DNA of 64,000 bases from a bacterium (GCA_021842405.1 JAKBZR010000004.1:3666-67665), one strand, 5' to 3'. Positions 45,789-56,287 are shown, counted from the stretch's first letter. A program made the numbers and translations. The notes: a model not told the origin generated them from the letters alone.

Positions 45789-46415
45789 TTATTTTTCCCA
45801 TTTCAGGTACCCATCGAAGTACAAATAGTTGACTCCACCAAAGTGTAAGGCGGAGCAATCGAATATCATTTGGGCCTTACTGGGAGGATCTTCGCGGGGA
45901 AGATAGATGCTCGGTGGTCCTGGACCGGGAGGATGCCAACCGCTCGGCGGAATCCAATAGCCATCAATGTTCCGCATAAACTGGTCCAAGCGGAAATAGA
46001 AATAATAGCTCGAAAAGCGGTGGTTTATGAATACACCCCCGTTCAGCCTCACATTCGTGTCCTGCCCTGCGACCGGATCGCTAGGGCAGAACCAGACACG
46101 GCTATCGCGGATATAAGGTGAAAGGGAGATATAGAGCAGATCAGGAGCGCAGCCAGGTTGGAGACCCTCTGGACCACCTGGGAGACACACGCTGGGTGAG
46201 AAGTTCAGGAAGGGCGGCACGTACTCGTCATTGTCCTGTGCATACATCATGGTTGCCATTCCCAACTGGCGCAAGTTGGAGGCGCATACGGTCTGCTGCG
46301 CCTTCTCGCGCGCCCAAAATAACACCGGGAAGATAATGCCGGCGATCACCGCGATAATGCTGATAACCACCAGCATCTCTATGAGGGTGAATGCATGACG
46401 GCAACTCCATTTCAT
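45789..46415 (-). CDS. prepilin-type N-terminal cleavage/methylation domain protein, DUF1559 / H-X9-DG family
   Basis: N-terminus HAFTLIEMLVVISIIAVIAGIIFPV. C-terminal HFGGVNYLYFDG (H-x9-DG). Confidence 0.85.
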   Translation of the reverse strand: MKWSCRHAFTLIEMLVVISIIAVIAGIIFPVLFWAREKAQQTVCASNLRQLGMATMMYAQDNDEYVPPFLNFSPSVCLPGGPEGLQPGCAPDLLYISLSPYIRDSRVWFCPSDPVAGQDTNVRLNGGVFINHRFSSYYFYFRLDQFMRNIDGYWIPPSGWHPPGPGPPSIYLPREDPPSKAQMIFDCSALHFGGVNYLYFDGYLKWEK

Positions 46416-46590
46416 CGAATTTCCTCTTACAGCGACGGTCGGTATCTACTTGATATGAAGAATATAATTAAATCGGGCACTGTCCCAACTTTAGTTGAAA
46501 GTTGATTGGTAGTAATTGGTATATTACGTCGTATTGGAATTTTTGTCAACCTCTCAAACCATTCCCTAGTCTAAACACCATATTTAGGTG

Positions 46591-46756
46591 GTTGTTGAAA
46601 AATATTATAATTCCACCGGGTCGTCATTCCGGGGCCGCAAAGCGGAACCCGGAATCCACAAAATCAGCATCGGACTGGATTCCCGCCATCCACTCCACTG
46701 GAGTGGAGCCATGCGGGAATGACGCAGCGGAAGACTTCGGCGAGTTTTTCAACAAT
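46591..46756. mobile_element. family-2 hairpin repeat element
   Basis: It runs GTTGTTGAAAAA...CGTCATTCCGGGGCCGCAAAGCGGAACCCGGAATCC...GGATTCCCGCCATCCACTCCACTGGAGTGGAGCCATGCGGGAATGACG...TTTTTCAACAA. Its reverse complement matches 18590..18762. Confidence 0.75.
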
Positions 46757-46870
46757 CTCTTAGAGCAGGGGCAAGGCGGTGAGGCTTTACATGCTGGGCA
46801 CGGCATACCGCACACCTAAAGCTGCAAGGTAGCCATTAGTTAGAAGGGCTGGAGCGCATTTTTCATCCAG

Positions 46871-48136
46871 TTAAGGTGCTTCGGAGGTTTGGGTTGGACT
46901 TAAGCTGGGGGAGTTGGCATCGCTGACGATCTCTGAGTTCGGGAAATAGTGCTCCAGTATCTGTTGGTAGTTAAAGCGATAGGGTGGGCCGGCCATTCCG
47001 ATCGCGCCATCTTGACACAGTCCAGCGCCCGCTCCATAACCCCTTCCGTCAAAGATAAAATTCCCATTTTGGTCTTGTTGAACGGTGAACAGGGTGCTTT
47101 TCAGGACGCTATATCCCAGGGCGGAGCGCAACTGCACGCCCGTCACCACTGGGCTGGCTTCGCTGCCGGAGAGCTGGATTTGGGCGGCGCGACCCGACAC
47201 ATCCGCCTGCAATACGGTGATTTGCTTTAAATCGCCGACGCGGGTACGGGGGTACGCATCCAGCAGTCGCGATATCTGGGCGGGTGCCATCGTGAGCGTC
47301 CAGGAGTGGTACCGCCCATTTGCACAGTAATCAGGCTGCCCCGGCCCGGCGCTATCCATCACCGAGGGAGGATAGTCGCTCGGCGAATCGCCACCGGCCG
47401 TTACGCCTCCGCAATCGGCCCCATATTCGGCCAAAAAAAGTTTCCCGTTATGATGAAGCACCAGTCCGGCCGTATCTTGAATGGCACCGTCGGTTCGGGC
47501 ATTCTCAGCGCTGAAGCCATTGTAAATTTGCGAAGCGGTCGTGTCGGTGACGTCATAGTCCCGATTTTGGCTGGTCATCATGCTCATCAAGGCGAAGGTT
47601 CGCGAGACAACCGCTTGCGCTTTGAGCGCTTCGATGGGCGCATCAGGGCCTATTTCGGGGGGCAAAACGCCGCGCAGATAGTCCTCCAGCGGAAGAACAT
47701 TGATGATGCGGAGATAGCCGTTTTTTACCGTAAAGCTGAGCGACCCTCGATAGGCTCGCGCCGGTTCTGATCCTCCAGCGATCAGCCATACCGCTCCGGT
47801 TTGATTGGGCAGTTTGAATCGGGAGTATGATTTGGATTGCATGCCCGTTGCGGAGCTTACCTGTACTCGGCTGCCGTTTACGGTGATGCGATAGCCGGCA
47901 TTCGGGTCCGATTGACCTTGTTCGCTCAACACCGCGTTCTTGTGCGAATTGGACGCGCTGATGGATATCGCCTGCGCTGTGATGTTTCGGCAGCGGTCCA
48001 ATCGGCGGCAGAGTAGAACTCGAATCGGCGGTCCACCCAGCGAACCGGTCGAATCCACCGGTGCTGCGCCGGCGATGTTTGTTATAACCAGCCCAATTAT
48101 AACGATAAAGATGGATGAGTAAATTGGGATTCGCAT
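46871..48136 (-). CDS. SpoIID/LytB domain protein (peptidoglycan lytic/amidase-enhancer family)
   Basis: LEDYLRGVLPPEIGPDAPIEALKAQAVVSRTFAL plus downstream Q.Y.G and CGG motifs are typical of the SpoIID family. Signal anchor at the N-terminus. Confidence 0.8.
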   Translation of the reverse strand: MRIPIYSSIFIVIIGLVITNIAGAAPVDSTGSLGGPPIRVLLCRRLDRCRNITAQAISISASNSHKNAVLSEQGQSDPNAGYRITVNGSRVQVSSATGMQSKSYSRFKLPNQTGAVWLIAGGSEPARAYRGSLSFTVKNGYLRIINVLPLEDYLRGVLPPEIGPDAPIEALKAQAVVSRTFALMSMMTSQNRDYDVTDTTASQIYNGFSAENARTDGAIQDTAGLVLHHNGKLFLAEYGADCGGVTAGGDSPSDYPPSVMDSAGPGQPDYCANGRYHSWTLTMAPAQISRLLDAYPRTRVGDLKQITVLQADVSGRAAQIQLSGSEASPVVTGVQLRSALGYSVLKSTLFTVQQDQNGNFIFDGRGYGAGAGLCQDGAIGMAGPPYRFNYQQILEHYFPNSEIVSDANSPSLSPTQTSEAP

Positions 48137-48153
48137 AAAAGCACCCGATCATA

Positions 48154-50274
48154 TCATACGAATGATTGGTCGGTTGCGTGACATCGCACCACTCGATTCC
48201 GGCCGCCGTGTTTAGCGGCATAGAGCGCCTGATCGGCCAACGCGATCAATTGGGATGGATTCTCGGAATTGGTGGGGCAGGTGGCGAGGCCGATGCTGGC
48301 GGTCACCGAAAGGGAGAGGCCGTCGCGGGATGCAAAGCGGTGTTCGGCTATCGTGCGGCGAACCCGCTCGGCCGCCACCGCCGCTTCATCGGCATGGGTG
48401 GTCGGCAAGATAACGACGAACTCCTCACCACCATAGCGGGCGATCGTTTCAGTTTCTCGCAGAGAATGGACTAACAACTTGGCGAGCTCGCGCAGCACTT
48501 CATCGCCAACCGCATGCCCAAAGCGGTCGTTGATTCGTTTGAAATGATCCAGGTCGAGCATCATCAGCGACACCGGTAGTTTATAGCGGCGGCTCCGCTT
48601 CAACTCGTCATCCAGGCGCATCTGGAAATAGCGGCGATTAAAAATTTGAGTGGATTCGTCGGTGATCGCCATTGCTTCCAGCGAACGTATCAGCGCCGTT
48701 TGTTTGAGGGCGATGGCGGCCTGGCCTGCCAAAATGGTCAAGAGCTGTACATCGTTTGATTGAAAGGCATTGGGCTTAGAGTGGCTCACATTGATAACCC
48801 CGATCGCTTCATCCCGAACGATCATCGGAACCGAAATGAAAGAGGCGACTCGGGGTGGCAGCAGCTCCACGTTGACGAGGTCGGGCATTCGCGATAGGTC
48901 GCAAATAAAGACCTGCTTGCGCTGTTGGAGTACCCAGCCCGAAATGCCGGGGCCTTTGGGGAAGGATATATGTTCAATCAAATTCACGACCCGGCCCCGC
49001 GTGGCTTTCGGCTCGAGACAGTTACCCTCTGCATCCCAAGAGAAGATCGTGCAGTTTTCGTAAGGGATCACTTTTTGAATCAAGTTGAGCAGGGCATTTC
49101 GAAGCGAGTCGGGCTCGCTGGTAGTTTGCAAGAGACGACCGAGCTCATAAAGCATTGCCAGCTCGCGGCTCGTTCGACTGGCCGAAACCCGATGGTTGGC
49201 GGCAATCAAGCAGGCCGATAAAACCGGCGCCACTGAATTGAGCTGTTCCAAGTTGCGTGGCTCAAACCCACTTCCGCGAGCAGGCGTTAAAGCGATAAGG
49301 GAAATTACCGTTTCGCTGTCGGTGAGCGTGGCGGATAGAGCCGGCAAAGCGCCGGCGCCGTCTCCCGGGTACGAATTTGGGATGTTGGGTTGCCGGCGTT
49401 CCGTTTTCAGTTGCGGGGTCAGCTCTACTTTTGCGTATTGCGTTGCCAATCGCTCTGCTTCGGCGCGCAAGCTCTTTCCAAACCCACCGCCTTGCAACGA
49501 TAGCCTTTCCGATTGTATGGCAGCGGCGATGTTTCCAGCGACTGCCTTGACCAGGTAGTCTTCGGCGCCATCCTTTGACCAGAGCACCGCGCCACCGGCA
49601 TTGAAATACTCCATGAGCGTTTGAGCGATATTCTGATGAATACGATCGTTATCATCGGAGACCGACAGCCGAAATAGTCGTTGAGCCAGATTTGCCAGCT
49701 CAATCTCTTCACTCTGGTTTTTGATGGCGAACCGCAGCTCGCTGCACAATAGGCGAAGGCGGCGATTCGTTTCATGAACTTCGTCGAGCTGGGCTTCAAC
49801 GTCGGAGACGGTTCTCGTTTTAAAGAGGGTGGCCGCCTGCCATCGCAAGTGGATTCGGCGGTCTACCACCAGAACGGCCGGAGAGATCAACAGCAGCGGG
49901 GCGAGCCACCGTGGATTGGGGATGAGCGCAATCAGTACCAGCGCTGCCAGTAGATCGAGCAAGGCATAAGATCGAGCCGAAAAGCGGCGCTTCAATCCGA
50001 GACCGGAAAAAATCACTAACAATATCGGGGCAGCGAAAGGATAGGTAGCCGTTTGAGCCAAGAATACCAAGAGTATCGTGACGAATGCCCAGATTGCGAG
50101 GTGAGAAAGGGCAAGCCACTTGCTGGAAGGGGCTGGCACCGATAGGGCAACGACTGCTTTGTCGTTGAGTCCCAGTATGCTTTCAGTGCCCAGCGGTTCA
50201 CCTTGTGCGCTTGAAATCGTCTTTTGCCGAGTCATGATAGGATTTGATTTGTCCGTTAAGAAACCCTTAGCCAA
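48154..50274 (-). CDS. membrane-anchored GAF-domain diguanylate cyclase (GGDEF)
   Basis: C-terminal GGDEF domain (RYGGEEFVVILP, DLDHFKRINDRFGH). N-terminal TM helices. Central GAF-like regions. Confidence 0.85.
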   Translation of the reverse strand: MAKGFLTDKSNPIMTRQKTISSAQGEPLGTESILGLNDKAVVALSVPAPSSKWLALSHLAIWAFVTILLVFLAQTATYPFAAPILLVIFSGLGLKRRFSARSYALLDLLAALVLIALIPNPRWLAPLLLISPAVLVVDRRIHLRWQAATLFKTRTVSDVEAQLDEVHETNRRLRLLCSELRFAIKNQSEEIELANLAQRLFRLSVSDDNDRIHQNIAQTLMEYFNAGGAVLWSKDGAEDYLVKAVAGNIAAAIQSERLSLQGGGFGKSLRAEAERLATQYAKVELTPQLKTERRQPNIPNSYPGDGAGALPALSATLTDSETVISLIALTPARGSGFEPRNLEQLNSVAPVLSACLIAANHRVSASRTSRELAMLYELGRLLQTTSEPDSLRNALLNLIQKVIPYENCTIFSWDAEGNCLEPKATRGRVVNLIEHISFPKGPGISGWVLQQRKQVFICDLSRMPDLVNVELLPPRVASFISVPMIVRDEAIGVINVSHSKPNAFQSNDVQLLTILAGQAAIALKQTALIRSLEAMAITDESTQIFNRRYFQMRLDDELKRSRRYKLPVSLMMLDLDHFKRINDRFGHAVGDEVLRELAKLLVHSLRETETIARYGGEEFVVILPTTHADEAAVAAERVRRTIAEHRFASRDGLSLSVTASIGLATCPTNSENPSQLIALADQALYAAKHGGRNRVVRCHATDQSFV

Positions 50275-50307
50275 GCTGACACGATGCTATAAAAGCAATG
50301 CTTAATT

Positions 50308-50348
50308 CCTCAATCCATTTTTCGGTAAGTGATCAAAATGGATTGAGG
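50308..50348. other. perfect 14-bp stem-loop between ftcD-like stop and GGDEF start
   Basis: CCTCAATCCATTTT (50308..50321), a 13-nt loop, then AAAATGGATTGAGG (50335..50348). No U-tract follows on the minus strand, so it is not a canonical intrinsic terminator. Confidence 0.4.
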
Positions 50349-50400
50349 GGCCTTCAGATAACGACCAATCTTGATACGATCCATAATCCGAGAATCTATC

Positions 50401-51324
50401 TTAGTGTTCGAGCCAATATTCCAAAATGTGGCGGGAATGATAAGATACCCACTTAATTTCATCGGGTGTGCTGCCATCGAGCGCACTCAGCGGTGTGAGT
50501 CCAATGACATCACTGGATGCCGTTTCCACACCCAAGTCCAGTGCCTGCCGTCGCACATAATCGAAAACGACCGGCAGCGACGATTTGTCCAGCCGGGTTA
50601 TGTTCATGGATACCTGAGCCATATTTTTTGTCGGCAGGTACAACCCCAACGTGCGCACACCGGTAAGATTATCGGTATTTTGGCGATCGCGCCGCAGTGA
50701 ACTGGAAACGTGTCGCGCCATTTCGACATCGGGGGTATCCAGGTTTACATTGTAGGCAACGAGCGGGGGGCGCGCTCCGATAACGGTAGCCCCAGCGGTA
50801 AGGTGGGGCGAGGATGGACCGGCATCCGGTTTTCGGATACCATCCAGCGGTTCTGTGAAAAGCCCTTCAAACTGTCCTCGTCGGATATCGGGTAGGTGAC
50901 GCAGGCGGCCGGGGGCTGCCGCCTCCTCGTAAAAGTAGATCGGGATATTCAACTTCTCCGCGATGCGTGAGCCGATTCGATGCGCCAGCTCAACGCATTC
51001 ATCCATCGTAACCGCTCGAATTGGAGAGAATGGAACCACATCCAGCGCCCCGATTCGGGGATGAACGCCCCGGTGTTGGCGCAGGTCAATGCGTGCGATC
51101 GCCACGCTGGCCAGCTCCATAATCGCTCGCTCGAGCGGACCGGGCGAGCCGAGGAGCGTAAAGACAGTCCGGTTATGATCGGGGTCGCTGGAATGGTCAG
51201 CCAGAACCGCTTCCGGCACCGAAGAGGCTGCCCGTACCAGGTCGTTCAGCAGCGTTTGATTACGTCCTTCACTGATGTTGGCGGCGCACTGGATAATCGG
51301 CCCGGCCGGCAGAGCTTTTTTCAC
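50401..51324 (-). CDS. glutamate formimidoyltransferase
   Basis: IQCAANISEGRN (ECVPNFSEGR-type motif), DPDHNRTVFTLLG. About 300 aa, the size of the FtcD N-terminal domain family. Confidence 0.8.
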   Translation of the reverse strand: MKKALPAGPIIQCAANISEGRNQTLLNDLVRAASSVPEAVLADHSSDPDHNRTVFTLLGSPGPLERAIMELASVAIARIDLRQHRGVHPRIGALDVVPFSPIRAVTMDECVELAHRIGSRIAEKLNIPIYFYEEAAAPGRLRHLPDIRRGQFEGLFTEPLDGIRKPDAGPSSPHLTAGATVIGARPPLVAYNVNLDTPDVEMARHVSSSLRRDRQNTDNLTGVRTLGLYLPTKNMAQVSMNITRLDKSSLPVVFDYVRRQALDLGVETASSDVIGLTPLSALDGSTPDEIKWVSYHSRHILEYWLEH

Positions 51325-53306
51325 CGCTGGGTTTCGTTAAGGTAGGTCTTCAACAGCAACATCAGGGTGTTCGTATCCACCACCCGCACATCGGGCCGTA
51401 ACCGAGCGGCTTCATCGTAGAGATGCTTCAAGGCGGACGGCGACCAGAGGATGGTGCGATAAACCTGGAAGCTGGGATCTTGGTTGGGGATGTTCCGGGC
51501 GATCTGTTCGGCGGCCTCCTGAGGGGCGCCGTTTAGATCGGCGCTCATTCTTAAATAGGGTACGCCATCCACCAGCCCCTGATAAGAAGGCAGCTTCTGC
51601 GCGATGAAACCGCCGTTGGAAAAATGAGCATAAGCCTGAAGGGCAGCGGTATCCATGGGCGGGGCGTTTCCATCAATGATGAATCCGGTGCAGTGAATAT
51701 CCCACTGGTGATAGGCTTGCTCGCAGTGCTTGACCCAATCGCCTAGGCCGGACGGTAGATCCGACCAGCGACGAGGCGGATCCAGATAGCCCGGATTGAG
51801 GTACCCGGCCCCCGAATCGCCGGCGATAAAGGTATCGTTCGGTGTGGCAGTCTGGCGGGTGTAGGCCATTCCAACCGGAAATCGTTTATCCAGGTTCGGG
51901 TTAAACGCCCACGCGATGGGAATCTGGCCTCGGACGGGGTCAGTCCAGAGTTGGGGCAGCTTTTCATAAAGCCAGGCGGACGAATCGTAATCGCCGACGT
52001 AGATGGCGATGTAGTGGTGCGGGACCACCCTACCGTCCGGCTGAATTAAGCCGGACCGCTTCAATGAATGGATAGTGGGTAGATTGCGCTGCGGATAGAC
52101 CTTTGCCAACGGATAGTGGCAGAAGAGAGAGGCGTTCGCCATTGGATTGATGGCGGCCGCGTCGGCATCCATATAGGCATTATAGCAAGAGAGTATCTCG
52201 GCATATCGCCACTCGGTCGCCACGCCGCCGTGCTTTCCGCCCGTTAAGTCAGTATATTTTTGATCCCAGGGTGGAAATCCGCCCACCATAATCATTCCGC
52301 TTGGCCGTTGATGGTGGCCGCCGGGTGGCGCGGTTGATTCGGGGGCGTGAAGCTGATCATAGGCGATTCTCAAGATGGCTTGCAACGTTTTCGCATCGGA
52401 GCCGATGGGTTGGCTAGGATCGTCATTGGGTGCTTCATCATCCCAGGGCGAAAGATCAAAAAAGAAGCCGCGATGAGCGATAGTGTAGTCCTCATTCACC
52501 AGCAGCGTTCGAATAAGCGGTACCGGTGATCCGCTCTTGATCCAGTAAGCGTCAGGATAGTAGGCGAGTAAAGCCGGATCGCACCGGGTGGTGCGCAGAT
52601 ATTTCTCGGCGGCCCAGAGATAGGCGTCGTCTTTCGCACTACCGGTGGAGGGTAGATCGGTTCCTTCAATTTTGCCGCGACCGGTAAACATGGGGGAGCC
52701 GTTCGCATGTAGCAATCGAGTTACAACCGGCAACATGGGGCCGCCCGCTTTCAGCACCAAACGGTCATATAGACTATCGGCCGAGGGATCGTAGCGCAGT
52801 ATGCCCAACCCCTTTACACCGGCAATGGTGGCGGCCACGTTAGCGGTCGCCGACACTCGATCATCCCACACTACAACGCCTTTCAAGCAGCGGCGGAATG
52901 TGGATACCACCGAATCGAAGCTGTTCAACTGCTTAATCGAAAGGTCGCTTACCCATCCATGCGGCTCTTGTAACCAGTGAAGCCAAAAGCGGTCCACGGA
53001 TCCATTGTTACCGACCGCATAAAAATAGAGACGGGGCTTATCACGATTGGCTTGCGCCTGTAATGATACGAGGAACTGAAGCTCGTCCCAAGCTCGCTGC
53101 CGAGCCGCGATTGTGTTGGTTGGTGCGTTCAGCAGCGGAGCGAGATCATAAGTATATAGAGTGGTATCCTCGGCGCGCATTGCTCGAGCACCTCCGGCCA
53201 AAACGGTAAAAAAGCTAATAGTTAGTGCAATGCTCCGCCCCTGCCATATCAAGCCGATAAACCAGCGCAGGATCGTGTAAGTATGGGTTCGCTTTGGTTT
53301 TTCCAT
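51321..53306 (-). CDS. secreted GxGYxYP-family putative glycoside hydrolase
   Basis: Hydrophobic leader. The motif GDSGAGYLNPG matches the GxGYxYP signature region. 661 aa. Its end overlaps the formimidoyltransferase start by 4 nt. Confidence 0.55.
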   Translation of the reverse strand: MEKPKRTHTYTILRWFIGLIWQGRSIALTISFFTVLAGGARAMRAEDTTLYTYDLAPLLNAPTNTIAARQRAWDELQFLVSLQAQANRDKPRLYFYAVGNNGSVDRFWLHWLQEPHGWVSDLSIKQLNSFDSVVSTFRRCLKGVVVWDDRVSATANVAATIAGVKGLGILRYDPSADSLYDRLVLKAGGPMLPVVTRLLHANGSPMFTGRGKIEGTDLPSTGSAKDDAYLWAAEKYLRTTRCDPALLAYYPDAYWIKSGSPVPLIRTLLVNEDYTIAHRGFFFDLSPWDDEAPNDDPSQPIGSDAKTLQAILRIAYDQLHAPESTAPPGGHHQRPSGMIMVGGFPPWDQKYTDLTGGKHGGVATEWRYAEILSCYNAYMDADAAAINPMANASLFCHYPLAKVYPQRNLPTIHSLKRSGLIQPDGRVVPHHYIAIYVGDYDSSAWLYEKLPQLWTDPVRGQIPIAWAFNPNLDKRFPVGMAYTRQTATPNDTFIAGDSGAGYLNPGYLDPPRRWSDLPSGLGDWVKHCEQAYHQWDIHCTGFIIDGNAPPMDTAALQAYAHFSNGGFIAQKLPSYQGLVDGVPYLRMSADLNGAPQEAAEQIARNIPNQDPSFQVYRTILWSPSALKHLYDEAARLRPDVRVVDTNTLMLLLKTYLNETQR

Positions 53307-53453
53307 TGATCAAATGACAGGGGCGGCGGTCGCCTGTTATTAATATGATTCCATATTTATGAATGGAATCCATCGCGTTCGCCGTGAAAATCTCCGGTGA
53401 GGATGGCTGGGGAGGAAGCAGTGTTGAAGCTGGATATTTGGGGTGAAAGGAGG

Positions 53454-54572
53454 CTATTTTATTCGGCTGCGTTGAATCATTCGCTCTGAGAGGGCCCGGA
53501 TTTGATTCCAACGAATTTGTGGGACTTTCAAAAAAGAGTTCACCACATCGGGATCGAACTGGGTCCCCGAATTACGGATAATTTCCTGCTTGGCGTGTTC
53601 GTAATCCATCCCAACGCGATACGGCCGATCGGAGGTCATCGCGTCAAAGGCATCCACGACCGAGAATATGCGCGCTCCGAGCGGTATCGTCTTGCCGCTG
53701 ATCCCGCCGGGATAGCCTTTGCCGTCGTATCGCTCGTGGTGGCGCAACACCACGTCGGCTGCGCCTTGCAGAATTTCGATGCGGGAGCAGAGCCGGTAGC
53801 CGATCGTCGGGTGTTTTTTCATCTCGGCCCATTCCGATTCATCCAACGGACCAGGTTTTAATAAGATGCGGTCCGGGATGCCGATCTTTCCAATGTCGTG
53901 CAGGAGGGCGCCGCGCTCGATGTGGTAGAGGTCGGGTGAGGGCACTCCCATCACTTCCGCTATTTCCATCGTGTAGGCGGTAACCCGCTCGGAATGGCCT
54001 TCCGTTTCGGCATCACGGGTATCCAGAGCAGCCAGCAGCGTCTCCAAAATCGCCTCGTGCGATACTTGCAGCTCGGTGCGATGTTGCATCGCCTTTTCGC
54101 GAACCTGTGAGTGGCGCGCTAAATTTCGCTCCAGCACAATGGGCAGCTCTTTAATGCTGCAAGGCTTCATCACGATATCGCTGGCCCCCAGTTCGATGGC
54201 GCGACGAGCCAGGTCGGAGTTGGCAAATCCGGTTACGATGATTACGGGGACGTCGGGGTGGTTGCCCTGAATGTAGTTCAGCAGGTCAAAACCGCTCATC
54301 TCCGGCATAAAGAGATCGGCCAATAACACGTCATAGTGCCGCCTGCTCATCAGCTTCACCGCGCTGCGACCGTCGGTGACGCCCTCCACCTCGTAGCCTT
54401 CTTGAGTGAGAGCGGCAATGATCATCTCTTTGCTTAAAATATCGTCGTCTACGACGAGAGTTCGTATGGTTGAGCGAAGCGCTGGGAAGCGCTCGGTAGT
54501 CGGTGTCTCATTCACCGAGTAGAGGTTGTTCATTACATTCCATCCGTGATCGCCTAAAATTTGATCTCGCAA
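53454..54572 (-). CDS. response regulator with HD-GYP phosphodiesterase domain
   Basis: Receiver domain (LVVDDD...DVLLADLFMPEMSGFDLL) and HD-GYP (HDIGKIG, HHERYDGKGYP). Alternative start at ATG 54533. Confidence 0.85.
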   Translation of the reverse strand: MRDQILGDHGWNVMNNLYSVNETPTTERFPALRSTIRTLVVDDDILSKEMIIAALTQEGYEVEGVTDGRSAVKLMSRRHYDVLLADLFMPEMSGFDLLNYIQGNHPDVPVIIVTGFANSDLARRAIELGASDIVMKPCSIKELPIVLERNLARHSQVREKAMQHRTELQVSHEAILETLLAALDTRDAETEGHSERVTAYTMEIAEVMGVPSPDLYHIERGALLHDIGKIGIPDRILLKPGPLDESEWAEMKKHPTIGYRLCSRIEILQGAADVVLRHHERYDGKGYPGGISGKTIPLGARIFSVVDAFDAMTSDRPYRVGMDYEHAKQEIIRNSGTQFDPDVVNSFLKVPQIRWNQIRALSERMIQRSRIK

Positions 54573-54693
54573 TCCATTGCGAAAATCACATTCATCCGGT
54601 CATATCGGCCGCTAGTCGGATTTCCAACCGGTGAACTGCACACGATTATTATCGGAATTTGTCGGCTTAATCTAAAGCAGATCACGGTTGAGG

Positions 54694-55878
54694 TTAATAA
54701 GATGAATAATTGAAGGCGTCGGGTTGAGGGTTGCCGCTGGTGAGGTGAAGGAAAAGAGTATCGGTCAGTAGCTTGACGTTCACATTAGACGGCAGCATTC
54801 GTTGAGCTGAAACCAACAGTTCGAGGGAGTCACGGTAAAATTGAGGAGTGCGAAGGGCGGCGGCCTGTATAAGCCGTTCCCGATTTGAGCGGTAAATGAT
54901 CGGAAGATCATCTCCTTGCAACCGGAGCAGCAACAGATCGTGCATCACCGAGGCGCCCCAATTCATCGCGGCTGAAAGCGCGGATCGGGCTAGCTTGTCG
55001 GGGGGGGCACCAGCTTGACTGAGCGCTCCATCTTCGCCATTTCTCTCGATGGCGATTCCGCCGTTATCATCGGGGGAACGGCTCGATTTTTCTTCCGATT
55101 TTCGTGACTTATTGGCGATTTGCCGGAAATCATCGGCCAGCTTCAGGCCGATCTCCGGCGTTTTCGCGCTGATCGCCCTGATCGTCAACTCAACGACGGC
55201 GGTGATCCATTCCGGTTCGCGGCCCTGCTGCGCCAGCGTTATCGCCCACCCGGTTCGCCCTTCACTCAATACGGCCAGCGTTTCCGCCGTTTCCCGCCCG
55301 CACGAGTATCTATCCATCAAATAGTCAACCAGCCTTGCCTGACCAACCGGTAGCAATCGGTAGCGCTGGCAGCGGCTCAGAATGGTCGGAATAATGCGGC
55401 CGGCATGAGTGGTCAACAGGATAAAGTGGGCGTACGGCGGCGGCTCTTCAAGCACTTTCAAAAGGCTGTTGGCAGCGGCGTTGGTCAGCGTCTCGGCCCG
55501 ATCAATGATGTAGAACCGCTTTCGCCCGAAGACCGCGGTGTATTGCAGAGTTTGGTCGAGGATGCCGGACGCATGGCCTTCCCGGTTCCAAAACTGCCAA
55601 ATTTGGGTTTGTTCTCCGGCCGGTGGAATTAGGATGATTTCAGGATTCCCCGAAGCGGAATCGGCGAGACGGCAGCTCTGGCAGTCCCCGCACGCATCGA
55701 ATGGGTGAGAAACCGGATTTTTACAGGCGGCGGCCTGAGCGATCGCGCGGGCAAGCGAGGTTTTGCCAACCGATTCGGCCCCTTCCAGCAGATACGATCC
55801 GGCGAGCGTATCTTGCTCGATAAGCCGCCGGAACGCTGCAACCGTCTGATCCTGGCCGAAAATATCGCTGAGCTTCAT
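54694..55878 (-). CDS. holB: DNA polymerase III subunit delta'
   Basis: AAA+-like N-terminus (SYLLEGAESVGKTSLA), zinc-module cysteines (CGDCQSC), and TILSRCQRY. It follows tmk-darA as in Bacillus. Confidence 0.8.
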   Translation of the reverse strand: MKLSDIFGQDQTVAAFRRLIEQDTLAGSYLLEGAESVGKTSLARAIAQAAACKNPVSHPFDACGDCQSCRLADSASGNPEIILIPPAGEQTQIWQFWNREGHASGILDQTLQYTAVFGRKRFYIIDRAETLTNAAANSLLKVLEEPPPYAHFILLTTHAGRIIPTILSRCQRYRLLPVGQARLVDYLMDRYSCGRETAETLAVLSEGRTGWAITLAQQGREPEWITAVVELTIRAISAKTPEIGLKLADDFRQIANKSRKSEEKSSRSPDDNGGIAIERNGEDGALSQAGAPPDKLARSALSAAMNWGASVMHDLLLLRLQGDDLPIIYRSNRERLIQAAALRTPQFYRDSLELLVSAQRMLPSNVNVKLLTDTLFLHLTSGNPQPDAFNYSSY

Positions 55879-55957
55879 CGTGGGATGTTATTCGCTGAGA
55901 GCGCTTTGACGGCGTATCATTCGATTGCGCGCGTTTGGCGGCATGCGATAGAAACCG

Positions 55958-56287
55958 TTAAAAGCGCTCAAAACGCTCTACATCCACCACGAAGAGGATG
56001 GCCCCGCCGACCAGCACTTTAACCGGACTGGGCATAAAACTGCCGACCGGGGCCGCGTCGGGCGGCAAAACGTTTACGAACTGCTCTCGCGTTTTGCAGC
56101 TTTCGCCGATGACGTTGATAACTCGATCCACCTCTCCATCGTCAACACCGATCAATAGGGTCACGTTCCCCTCGCGAAGAAAGCCGCCGGTGCTGCCGAT
56201 TTTCGTAAATTTCATCCCATTCCGTAGCAATGCTTCCGTGATCCGATTTTTATCGCGATCGTGAACCACCGTTATGACCAGTTTCAT
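55958..56287 (-). CDS. darA: cyclic-di-AMP receptor, PII-like DarA/PstA (YaaQ, DUF970)
   Basis: MKLVITVVHDRDKNR...FTKIGSTGGFLREGNVTLLIGVDD...VGGAILFVVDVERFERF aligns along its whole length with B. subtilis YaaQ as I recall it. Confidence 0.8.
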   Translation of the reverse strand: MKLVITVVHDRDKNRITEALLRNGMKFTKIGSTGGFLREGNVTLLIGVDDGEVDRVINVIGESCKTREQFVNVLPPDAAPVGSFMPSPVKVLVGGAILFVVDVERFERF

